From contig JBAXAJ010000003.1 in the NCBI GenBank assembly GCA_037142555.1, forward strand, positions 13,589 through 77,588: a stretch of 64,000 nt of DNA, read 5' to 3'. This document shows positions 1 through 8,352 of the stretch, piece after piece (within the stretch, counting starts at the first letter, position 1; each line of letters begins with the position of its first letter). The translations under genes were made by a program, and so were the position numbers. Below the pieces are notes generated by a model that was not told the DNA's origin, searched no databases, and saw only the letters and a program-made list of their open reading frames with translations. The stretch is from Candidatus Shapirobacteria bacterium. GTDB taxonomy: Bacteria; Patescibacteriota; Microgenomatia; UBA12405.

Positions 1-1
1 A

Positions 2-847
2 TTTGGTAAAAATCCTCAAAGCTTTTATAAGTCAGCCATCATTCTCTGTGAACTTGGTTTCGATGGAGTCGACATTAATATGGGTTGTCCAGCCAAAACT
101 GTAATCCAAAATGGCAGTGGCGCCGCTCTAATTGGAACACCAGATCTAGCGCTTGAAATAATAAAAGCAGTTAAGAAGGGGATTGATGATTGGTTCTATG
201 GATTTGTCAAAATCACCGACCTTGGTCTCCACAAAAAAAGTCTCGATATAATCGAACGTAATAAAAAATATTCAAGCCTCCCTGTCAAGGGAGGTGCCCA
301 AAGGGCGGAGGGTTTTATAAAACCAACATTATCTGTTAAAACTCGTCTTGGCATTTCTGAATCAACTGTTGAATCTTGGATTCCAGTTCTATTGTCTCAA
401 GATCTAGATTTTCTAACCATTCATGGCCGCACCCTTAAACAAGGTTATGCTGGCAAAGCTGATTGGGCTGAAATTGTTAAGGTTGTCAAAATGGTTAAAA
501 AAACTAAAACTAAAATTTTTGGCAATGGTGATGTCAGTACAAAATCTCAAGCCATAAAATTTGCTAAAAAATATGGGGTGGATGGAATTTTAATTGGCCG
601 AGCCGCTTGTGGGAACCCTTGGGCTTTCATCGACCATTGTGCCACTCCAAGAGAAAGATTTTCTGCCATGCTTCTTCATGCTCAACTTTTTACTACTGTT
701 TTTCCAAATCGTCGTTTTGATAGTTTGCGTAAGAACTTTTTATTTTATGCCTCAGGATTGGCAAATGCTAAACAACTCAGATCAAAATTAGTCCGACTAA
801 ATTCGATTGAAGACCTTTTGACGCTTGAAGGTGAATTCGTAAATTGA
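2..847 (+). CDS. dus: tRNA-dihydrouridine synthase (5'-truncated by window edge)
   Basis: Frame is open from the window start (FGKNPQ...GFDGVDINMGCP); SVKTRLG, TIHGRT, GNGDV and DGILIGRAA motifs. Confidence 0.93.
   Translation, partial: FGKNPQSFYKSAIILCELGFDGVDINMGCPAKTVIQNGSGAALIGTPDLALEIIKAVKKGIDDWFYGFVKITDLGLHKKSLDIIERNKKYSSLPVKGGAQRAEGFIKPTLSVKTRLGISESTVESWIPVLLSQDLDFLTIHGRTLKQGYAGKADWAEIVKVVKMVKKTKTKIFGNGDVSTKSQAIKFAKKYGVDGILIGRAACGNPWAFIDHCATPRERFSAMLLHAQLFTTVFPNRRFDSLRKNFLFYASGLANAKQLRSKLVRLNSIEDLLTLEGEFVN
274..315. repeat. GC-rich REP-like palindromic element, in-frame inside dus
   Basis: GCCTCCCT-gtca-AGGGAGGT hairpin, GCCC-aaa-GGGC hairpin and GGAGGG tail in an AT-rich gene. Confidence 0.6.
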
Positions 848-861
848 TAAAGTTAAAGGCT

Positions 862-1272
862 ATGTCAAACGAAAACCAAAATCCAAACCAAGTCGCAAAT
901 TTACTCAATGTTGAATCACTCATCAATGCTTCAACTGCAAGATTCGACACTCTAAACAAAGAATACCAAGAGCAAAAATCAATGCTCGATTCTATTCTCG
1001 AAAGTGATGTCGAATATCAAGAAATAGCTCAGGAAGCTCAAAAACAAGCTAAATTGAAAACCATTGCTAAACAAAAAGTTATGATCAGACCAGAAGCAGT
1101 TCATATAGTCGAAAAGATTAAAGATGCTCAAACCCAAATTAAAGAAATTAAAACTGCCATGTCAGACTATTTAGCCCAATATGTAGTTCTCTCTGGCACC
1201 AATCAAATTGAAGGTCCAGATGGTGTTCTTCGCCAAATCATCTACAGTGCTAAACTAGTTAAAAGTAAATAA
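862..1272 (+). CDS. hypothetical coiled-coil protein
   Basis: Long helical ORF; ATG at 862 preceded by TGATAAAGT -10-like box. Confidence 0.7.
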   Translation: MSNENQNPNQVANLLNVESLINASTARFDTLNKEYQEQKSMLDSILESDVEYQEIAQEAQKQAKLKTIAKQKVMIRPEAVHIVEKIKDAQTQIKEIKTAMSDYLAQYVVLSGTNQIEGPDGVLRQIIYSAKLVKSK

Positions 1273-1288
1273 TGTATAATTAAACCCT

Positions 1289-1600
1289 ATGATCAATTTA
1301 AACAAAGAAAATTTTAAAACTGAAGTTACAGATTTCCAAGGCAAAGTTCTCGTCGATTTTTGGGCTCCATGGTGTGGCCCTTGTCAAATGTTAACTCCAG
1401 TAATGGAAGAACTCAGCGTTGAAATGGAAGGAAAAGTCAAAGTCGCCAAAGTCAATGTTGATGAAGAACAACAACTTTCAATGGACTACAATGTCTCTTC
1501 TATTCCTATGGTAATCCTTTTTGAAAATGGTCAAATTAAAGAAACTATAATTGGCTTTCGTCAAAAAGCTGATTACATTTCTGCCATAAATAAGGCATAA
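1289..1600 (+). CDS. trxA: thioredoxin
   Basis: DFWAPWCGPC motif, 103 aa. Confidence 0.97.
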   Translation: MINLNKENFKTEVTDFQGKVLVDFWAPWCGPCQMLTPVMEELSVEMEGKVKVAKVNVDEEQQLSMDYNVSSIPMVILFENGQIKETIIGFRQKADYISAINKA

Positions 1601-1603
1601 TTA

Positions 1604-2596
1604 ATGGATATTTCAAAACTAAAAACTTTTTTAGAAGAAAACAATCAACCAGCTTTCCGCTATCGACAAATAATCAAAAACTATTTTTCTGGTCAATTTA
1701 GTTCTTTTGAACAGATGACAAATCTATCAAAAGATTTAAGACAAGTTCTAGAGACTAACTTCCCATATTCATCTCTAAAAGAATTAAAAGTCTTAAAAGA
1801 TGAACAAACCGAAAAAGTAGTTTTAGAATTGGAAGATGGTCAAAAAATAGAATCAGTTTTAATGAACTACGATGAATGGTTAACTGTTTGTGTTTCCAGC
1901 CAAGTTGGTTGTCCTCTCAATTGCAGTTTTTGTGCCACTGGCAAAATGGGTTTCAAAAGAAATTTAACAGCCGATGAAATTGTTGATCAAATCCTATTTT
2001 GGAATCAAAAATTATATCCAAAATATGTTGGTCGGGTTGTTTTCATGGGGATGGGTGAGCCTTTCTTAAATTGGGATAATCTTTTTAAATCTCTAGAAAT
2101 CATAAATTCAGAAACTGGTCTAAACATAGGTGCTCGAAAAATTTCTATTTCTACCGCTGGTGTGGCTGACAAAATAGTTGAATTTGCCAATCTTAAGGCT
2201 CAATATAATTTAGCCATTTCTCTTCATTCAGCTGATCAAAACAAAAGAGAATCATTCATGCCAATTGCTAAACAGTTCAATCTTGATGAACTCAAAAAAG
2301 CTTGTCTCTATTATGTCAATAAAACTAAACGACAACTATTTTTTGAATATGCTCTAATGGATAATAATACTAGTCAAAGCGATGCTAAATTATTAGTTGA
2401 TTTCATCAGATCTCACCATCTTTTCTTTTTGAATTTAATTCCTCTAAATCCTGTTTCTGGTGGAATGACTCCAGCCACCAAAGAAAATGAAGAAATCTTC
2501 ATAAATTATTTAAATAAATCAAATATAGAATATTCCCTCCGTCGTTCTTTTGGTCAAAATCTTAATGCCGCCTGTGGTCAGTTAGTTACTGTATAA
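1604..2596 (+). CDS. rlmN: 23S rRNA/tRNA m2A methyltransferase RlmN (radical SAM)
   Basis: CVSSQVGCPLNCSFCATG, VFMGMGEP, ISLH, AACGQL. Confidence 0.95.
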   Translation: MDISKLKTFLEENNQPAFRYRQIIKNYFSGQFSSFEQMTNLSKDLRQVLETNFPYSSLKELKVLKDEQTEKVVLELEDGQKIESVLMNYDEWLTVCVSSQVGCPLNCSFCATGKMGFKRNLTADEIVDQILFWNQKLYPKYVGRVVFMGMGEPFLNWDNLFKSLEIINSETGLNIGARKISISTAGVADKIVEFANLKAQYNLAISLHSADQNKRESFMPIAKQFNLDELKKACLYYVNKTKRQLFFEYALMDNNTSQSDAKLLVDFIRSHHLFFLNLIPLNPVSGGMTPATKENEEIFINYLNKSNIEYSLRRSFGQNLNAACGQLVTV

Positions 2597-2603
2597 TATA
2601 CCC

Positions 2604-3554
2604 ATGCTTATCGATGAAGTTAGAATCAATATTAAAGGCGGCGATGGTGGCGATGGTTTCGTCCACTTCTATTCTGACGCTTGGAGACCAAAAGGTGGCC
2701 CAGACGGCGGCGATGGCGGTAATGGCGGTTCAGTTTATTTCGAGGCAGTCAACGACATCAGTAAATTAAGTCAATTCAGACATGCCAAGGTCTATTCAGC
2801 CGAAGATGGTGTTGCTGGCAGCAAAAACAATTGTAATGGTAAAAATGGTGAAGATTTAACTATCTATGTTCCAGTTGGAACTCTAGCTACTTATGATAAT
2901 GGAACTTCAACCGAATTCACCGAAATTGGTCAACGCGCCATGATGGCTAAAGGTGGAACTGGTGGCCATGGAAATAATTTCTTTAAATCATCAACTAATC
3001 AAACTCCTCGAGAATGTCAAAAGGGTTTCAAAACTCCAAAGAAAAATCTATTTTTACAACTAAAATTAATTGCTCAAGTCGGTCTAATTGGGTTGCCAAA
3101 TGTTGGTAAAACCAGTCTTTTAAATGAAATAACCACTGCTGGAGCCAAAGTTGCTAACTATGCTTTCACCACTCTCGAACCAAATCTTGGGGTAACCGCC
3201 GCTGGTCACATCATTGCCGACATCCCTGGGTTAATTGAAGGTGCAGCCGATGGTAAAGGTCTAGGTTTCAAATTTTTAAAACATATTGAAAGAACTAAAC
3301 TTCTAGTCCACTGTGTTTCTGCTGAATCTCAAGATCCATTAGCTGACTATCAAACCGTTCGCCAAGAATTAATTAATTACAGTTCTAAACTAGCTGACAA
3401 AACAGAACTTGTTATTTTAACCAAAACAGATGTTGTCGAACCAAAAGAAGCAAAAAGAATTCAATCTCTCATTAAAGCAAAACTCTCAGTATCCATCCTA
3501 GACACTGAGAGCATTAAAAAACTAAACGATTTAATCTCAAAAAGTTTAAACTAA
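2604..3554 (+). CDS. obgE: GTPase ObgE/CgtA (short form, no C-terminal domain)
   Basis: Gly-rich GGDGG repeats, GLPNVGKT, YAFTTL, DIPG. Confidence 0.95.
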   Translation: MLIDEVRINIKGGDGGDGFVHFYSDAWRPKGGPDGGDGGNGGSVYFEAVNDISKLSQFRHAKVYSAEDGVAGSKNNCNGKNGEDLTIYVPVGTLATYDNGTSTEFTEIGQRAMMAKGGTGGHGNNFFKSSTNQTPRECQKGFKTPKKNLFLQLKLIAQVGLIGLPNVGKTSLLNEITTAGAKVANYAFTTLEPNLGVTAAGHIIADIPGLIEGAADGKGLGFKFLKHIERTKLLVHCVSAESQDPLADYQTVRQELINYSSKLADKTELVILTKTDVVEPKEAKRIQSLIKAKLSVSILDTESIKKLNDLISKSLN

Positions 3555-3971
3555 AACTTTTTTAATTTTTTCCCAATCTTTCTTAAGTTGAGTTGCCATT
3601 TTAACAACACTGGTTTTAGATGCTACTAAATCATCTTTAAAATCATTAACAACTTTTTCTACAATCAATCCATATTTATCTTTATCGATTTCATTACCAG
3701 CAGTTTTTAAAGCGACAATCTTATCGACTACTGCAGTTCTAATTTCTGTATATTTATCAGTGGCTGCCTTAGTAGCTTCACCAAAGACTTCAATAACTTT
3801 AGCTTCAGTTTCCTGAACTCCAGTCTTAACTTGTTTTTTAAGACTTTCAGCTAATTTCTTTAAATCATCTCTGGTTTCTTTACCAGATTTTGGGGCTAAT
3901 AATAGTCCACCGATTGCGCCAGCTGCTGCTGCGACTAAACCTACGAGAAAAATTTTTCCTGTTTTTGCCAT
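3546..3971 (-). CDS. YtxH domain-containing protein
   Basis: N-terminal TM followed by GLLLAPKSGKETR signature. Confidence 0.85.
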   Translation of the reverse strand: MAKTGKIFLVGLVAAAAGAIGGLLLAPKSGKETRDDLKKLAESLKKQVKTGVQETEAKVIEVFGEATKAATDKYTEIRTAVVDKIVALKTAGNEIDKDKYGLIVEKVVNDFKDDLVASKTSVVKMATQLKKDWEKIKKVLV

Positions 3972-4006
3972 TTGTTTTGTTCCTTTTTAAATGTATCTAA
4001 CACTTC

Positions 4007-4035
4007 AGTCTAGTTCAAATTGTTCAAACTGTCAA
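4007..4035 (-). promoter_or_regulatory. sigma70 promoter for YtxH gene
   Basis: TTGACA-N17-TAGACT on minus strand; spacer contains TTTGAAC direct repeat. Confidence 0.65.
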
Positions 4036-4040
4036 TAAAA

Positions 4041-4928
4041 TTATCTATTAATATCTCTTTCTGGCCAGTGTTTATCTATTTGGACATTTAATTCCAAAAA
4101 CACTTTTCGACTAGACATCAATTCCAATTCTTTTCTAGCATTAAATCCAATTTCTTTAATTTTCTTTCCACCAACCCCAATAATCATTCTCTTATATCGG
4201 TCAGCAGTAGTATAAATAGTTGCTTTAATCAAAATTAATTTCTTTTTATCTTTAACTGAATCAACTTCGACATTCACAGAATAGGGGACTTCTTTTCTTA
4301 AAAATAAATAAGTTTTTTCTCTAATTATTTCAGCAATATATTCTTCAGAATTTAAACTTATCTTGACTTTATCTTTTGATTCCATCACTTCAATGTTGTT
4401 CTCGATGTCACTTTCATCTGTTTCAAGTAATAATTCGAAAATAAGTTCAATCAAACCTTTCACATTTTTTTCTTTAATAGCACTGACTGTAATCACTTCA
4501 TCAAACTCATCTTCTAAATAGTTATATTCTGGTAAATGATCTTTAGTCCCACTAGCAATATCCATTTTGTTATAAACCAAAATCTTTTTGGCCTCAGATT
4601 TTCTGACTAACCCAATTACTTTATTTTCTTCTTCACTCTTTGGTCTAGAAATATCAACCACACAAATCAAAACATCAGCTCTTCCACTTTCTTTTGGAGC
4701 CTCAGTGTTAACCCGTTTACCGACTAAATCATTAATCTTATTAATAATTCCCGGAGTGTCAGAAAAAATGATTTTACCTCTAGGATCAGAAAAAATAACC
4801 CGAGCGTTTTTTCGAGTTGTTTGAGGCAGTGGGGAAGTTATTGCCACTTTTTGACTCATAATGGCATTTAACAAGGTCGATTTTCCCACATTTGGTCTTC
4901 CTAAAATTACTACTCTTCCGAATTTCAT
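4041..4928 (-). CDS. era: GTPase Era
   Basis: GRPNVGKST, PQTTR, DTPG, NKMD, KH domain IIGVGG. Confidence 0.96.
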   Translation of the reverse strand: MKFGRVVILGRPNVGKSTLLNAIMSQKVAITSPLPQTTRKNARVIFSDPRGKIIFSDTPGIINKINDLVGKRVNTEAPKESGRADVLICVVDISRPKSEEENKVIGLVRKSEAKKILVYNKMDIASGTKDHLPEYNYLEDEFDEVITVSAIKEKNVKGLIELIFELLLETDESDIENNIEVMESKDKVKISLNSEEYIAEIIREKTYLFLRKEVPYSVNVEVDSVKDKKKLILIKATIYTTADRYKRMIIGVGGKKIKEIGFNARKELELMSSRKVFLELNVQIDKHWPERDINR

Positions 4929-5016
4929 CACCTATTCTACCAGTTTTTTTGAATTTTAACTAAGTCATTGCCAAACTTAATTCTAAAGGTAAAATAAAAA
5001 GACTATATTAAAATAA

Positions 5017-5050
5017 TTGACACTTAGCAAACTAAGTGATAGACTGCTAA
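5017..5050 (+). promoter_or_regulatory. lon promoter overlapped by CIRCE-like operator
   Basis: TTGACA-N17-TAGACT; TTAGCAAAC-N9-GACTGCTAA at 5024-5050 vs consensus TTAGCACTC-N9-GAGTGCTAA. Confidence 0.72.
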
Positions 5051-5052
5051 TT

Positions 5053-7428
5053 ATGACAGACATTAATAAAGATAAAATCAAAACCACCCAGCCTCTAAGA
5101 AAAATATTGCCTTTAATTCCACTAAAAAACATTGTTTTGTTTCCATCTGTGGAAACCTCACTTTTCTTTGGTCGTAAAGAATCAATGAACTCACTATTAC
5201 ATGCCTATGACAACACTAATAAATTAGTGATTGTTACTACTCAACGCAATCCAAAAATCGAAAAACCAGAAAAAGATGATCTCTATTCAGTCGGTGTTCT
5301 AGCCAAAATTGAGCACATTCTCCAAACTGATGGCAGTTTACATGCCATTGTTAAAGGAATTTCTCGAGTCAACATCACTAATGTTATCCAACTAGAACCT
5401 TTCATAATGGTCGAATATGTCGATCTTCCGGTCATTTCTGAACCAGCTGCTGACATCCAACAAACAGCTGAAACTATTCTAGCTCAACTTAAGAAAGCTT
5501 TTGCTATGGGTCGTCAATTTGATCTCCCAGCCATGATGCAACTAAGCAGTGGTGTTTCCAGCAGTGATCTTGCCGATCAAGTCAGTTTCTCTGTTGAAGC
5601 CAAAATTTCTGAAAAACAAATATTATTGGAAACTTTAATGGTCAGCCAAAGACTAAAAGCTGCCACTGAATATTTGATTCAAGAGATGAAAGTAGCCGAA
5701 CTAGAAAGATCTATTGAAGAAAAAACCCAAGAAAAATTCAATACTGGCATGAAACGAAACGTTCTAGAAGAAAGAAAACGTCAAATTGAAAAAGAATTAA
5801 AACGCCTTGGTGAAAGCAGTGCTGGTGAATTTTCTGAACTAGAAAAGAAAATTAAGAATAAAGATATTCCTCAAGAAATCAGAAAAAAATTAACTAAAGA
5901 ACTAGAGCGTCTGACTGAAATGGGCCCAATGGCTCCAGAATCTAGTTACATCAGAACCTATCTAGAAACTGTGGTTGAACTGCCATGGGGCAAATATGCC
6001 AACACTAATGTGACCCTTTCTAAAGCCAGCAAAATTCTTGACAAAGATCACTATGGGATCAAAGATGTCAAAGAAAGAATTCTCGAATATTTAGCTGTCC
6101 TAAATCTTAAAAACAAAAATCAAAAGAAAAATGAAGAGGTGACTTCCACTGCCAACATTTTATGTTTCATCGGGCCTCCAGGGGTCGGTAAAACTTCTCT
6201 TGGTAAATCTATTGCCGAAGCTATGGGTAAATCATTCGTTCGTGCTTCTCTTGGTGGAATTCGTGACGAAGCCGAAATCCGAGGTCATCGTCGAACTTAT
6301 GTTGGAGCCATGCCAGGCCGAATCGTTAAAGGTCTAAAAGATGCCAAATCTATGAATCCAGTTTTCATGCTTGATGAAATAGACAAGATTGGGGCTGATT
6401 ATCGTGGTGATCCATCTGCTGCTCTTCTAGAAACTCTCGATCCAGAACAAAATCGTGAATTTGCCGATCATTATCTAGATTTTCCTCTAGATCTATCAAA
6501 AGTCTTTTTCATTCTAACTGGGAATGACATTTCTACAATTCCAGGCCCTTTACGAGACCGTCTAGAAATAATTGATTTCTCTGGCTACACTCAAGAAGAA
6601 AAATTCCACATTGCCAAAAACTATTTAATTAAAAAAGAATTAAAAGCTAATGGTTTAAAAGAAGCTAATATTAACGAGATTAAAGATGAAACCATCAAAC
6701 ATATAATTGATAAGTACACTCGTGAGGCTGGTGTCCGTAGTTTGGAAAGAGTTTTTGCTAGTCTTTTCAGAAAAGTTGCTAAAAAAATTATTGTCAGTAA
6801 AACCAACAAAGTTGATTTAAATAATCAACTTATTCTTAAAAAGTTTTTGGGACCAACTAAATATAATTCGACTCTCAAAGGTAAAAAAGATGAAGTTGGT
6901 CTTTCAACTGGTCTAGCTTGGACTTCAGTTGGTGGTGAAATTTTATTTATCGAAGTCAACATAATGCCAGGTAAAGGTCAATTAATTCTAACTGGAAAAC
7001 TTGGAGCGGTGATGAAAGAATCATGTCAAGCTGCTCTTTCCTACATTCGTAGTCAAGCCAAAACTTTTAATATTAAACAAGATTTTCACAAAATTGACAT
7101 CCATATCCATGTTCCAGAAGGTGCCACTCCGAAAGATGGTCCTAGTGCTGGCGGTGCCATAACCACTTCTCTAATTTCAGCTCTAAAACAAGTTGCTGTG
7201 CCTCGAGATATTGGTATGACAGGGGAGATAACTCTTCGTGGTAATATTCTAGAAATTGGAGGTCTTAAGGAAAAATCTATTGCAGCTCACCGAGCTGGTC
7301 TCAAAACTATCTTTATTCCAAAAGACAATGAAAAAAGTTTAATTAACATTCCAAAAGAAGTTAAAAAAGACATCAAATTCATTCCAGTCGAACACTACAA
7401 CGAGATTTATAAGAAGATTTTTAAATAA
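5053..7428 (+). CDS. lon: ATP-dependent protease La (Lon)
   Basis: LON N-domain, GPPGVGKTS, LDEIDK, PKDGPSAG catalytic Ser, GGLKEK. Confidence 0.97.
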   Translation: MTDINKDKIKTTQPLRKILPLIPLKNIVLFPSVETSLFFGRKESMNSLLHAYDNTNKLVIVTTQRNPKIEKPEKDDLYSVGVLAKIEHILQTDGSLHAIVKGISRVNITNVIQLEPFIMVEYVDLPVISEPAADIQQTAETILAQLKKAFAMGRQFDLPAMMQLSSGVSSSDLADQVSFSVEAKISEKQILLETLMVSQRLKAATEYLIQEMKVAELERSIEEKTQEKFNTGMKRNVLEERKRQIEKELKRLGESSAGEFSELEKKIKNKDIPQEIRKKLTKELERLTEMGPMAPESSYIRTYLETVVELPWGKYANTNVTLSKASKILDKDHYGIKDVKERILEYLAVLNLKNKNQKKNEEVTSTANILCFIGPPGVGKTSLGKSIAEAMGKSFVRASLGGIRDEAEIRGHRRTYVGAMPGRIVKGLKDAKSMNPVFMLDEIDKIGADYRGDPSAALLETLDPEQNREFADHYLDFPLDLSKVFFILTGNDISTIPGPLRDRLEIIDFSGYTQEEKFHIAKNYLIKKELKANGLKEANINEIKDETIKHIIDKYTREAGVRSLERVFASLFRKVAKKIIVSKTNKVDLNNQLILKKFLGPTKYNSTLKGKKDEVGLSTGLAWTSVGGEILFIEVNIMPGKGQLILTGKLGAVMKESCQAALSYIRSQAKTFNIKQDFHKIDIHIHVPEGATPKDGPSAGGAITTSLISALKQVAVPRDIGMTGEITLRGNILEIGGLKEKSIAAHRAGLKTIFIPKDNEKSLINIPKEVKKDIKFIPVEHYNEIYKKIFK

Positions 7429-7891
7429 TAGTCACATACTTACTAACACCACCTTCATTTCTTTTATTTATCACGTCAGCAAAAGCTTTGACAATTTTGT
7501 CATCGTCACTTGATTTATTATAGTTAACAACTATTGATTTGTCTCTACCTTCTTCAGAATAAAATAATGCTACTCTATGGTCTCCATTTATTCTAAATCT
7601 AATTTCACCTTGGCTAAATTTAAATTTCAAAACAGTATTGTCTTCTTCCTCCCAACAAATCTCAGCTTTCTTCTTTTCTTTTTTAATCCCAAAATCATCT
7701 AAGTTTTTCAAACCAAAATCTAATAGATAATCATCTCTAATTTCTTGAAGAAAAACAATAATTCCTGAATAAGCAAAAGTACCTTCATGTCCTTTTAGTT
7801 TTTGTTGTCTGCATTTTTCTTCAATATCATAGTTTGCCTGTGATTCGGCAGTTAATTTTTTTAAATCTAAAATATGTTCTTTATTTAGCAT
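7421..7891 (-). CDS. hypothetical protein
   Basis: ORF; ATG at 7891 preferred because the upstream extension crosses a terminator hairpin. Confidence 0.6.
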   Translation of the reverse strand: MLNKEHILDLKKLTAESQANYDIEEKCRQQKLKGHEGTFAYSGIIVFLQEIRDDYLLDFGLKNLDDFGIKKEKKKAEICWEEEDNTVLKFKFSQGEIRFRINGDHRVALFYSEEGRDKSIVVNYNKSSDDDKIVKAFADVINKRNEGGVSKYVTII

Positions 7892-7910
7892 CTGAAGAGT
7901 AATATAACAT

Positions 7911-7960
7911 AAAAAAAGCCGTTGTAAATTTTTTGGTATTATCCAATAATTTACAACGAC
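7911..7960 (-). terminator. intrinsic terminator after Cys/His-rich gene
   Basis: GTCGTTGTAAATT...AATTTACAACGGC stem followed by T7 on minus strand. Confidence 0.7.
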
Positions 7961-7974
7961 AGTTTTGCCTACCA

Positions 7975-8259
7975 CTATTTTATTCTTTTAATTTCTTTAC
8001 CTGTCCAAATACCATGGGCTTCATGTTTACTGCAACCTGTGCAAGCAACAATTTTTCCATCATGCATATGTGCATGTGGCGGTATTTCATAGGTTTTGCT
8101 TGGTGTATGTAGAATAACAAAATGTCCTGGGAAGACATGGTTTCTACAGTGAAAACAAAGAATAACTTTTTTCTTAAAACATTTTGGACAAAATTTATGA
8201 CCTTTTGTTCTAGTCAAATGCCCACATTCTGTGGCTCTGAAAATTTTAAAAATTTTCAT
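7975..8259 (-). CDS. small Cys/His-rich (multi zinc-ribbon-like) hypothetical protein
   Basis: CGH, CPKC, CFHC, CTGC motifs; upstream AGAAGGGA SD and TGATATAAT promoter. Confidence 0.7.
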   Translation of the reverse strand: MKIFKIFRATECGHLTRTKGHKFCPKCFKKKVILCFHCRNHVFPGHFVILHTPSKTYEIPPHAHMHDGKIVACTGCSKHEAHGIWTGKEIKRIK

Positions 8260-8352
8260 TTAGAATCCCTTCTTTCTTTTTTGATCCAAATATCGCTTGT
8301 GATAAATTTAGCTTTTGGGATTATATCAGATAATAAGGCAAAAACAAGCAAT

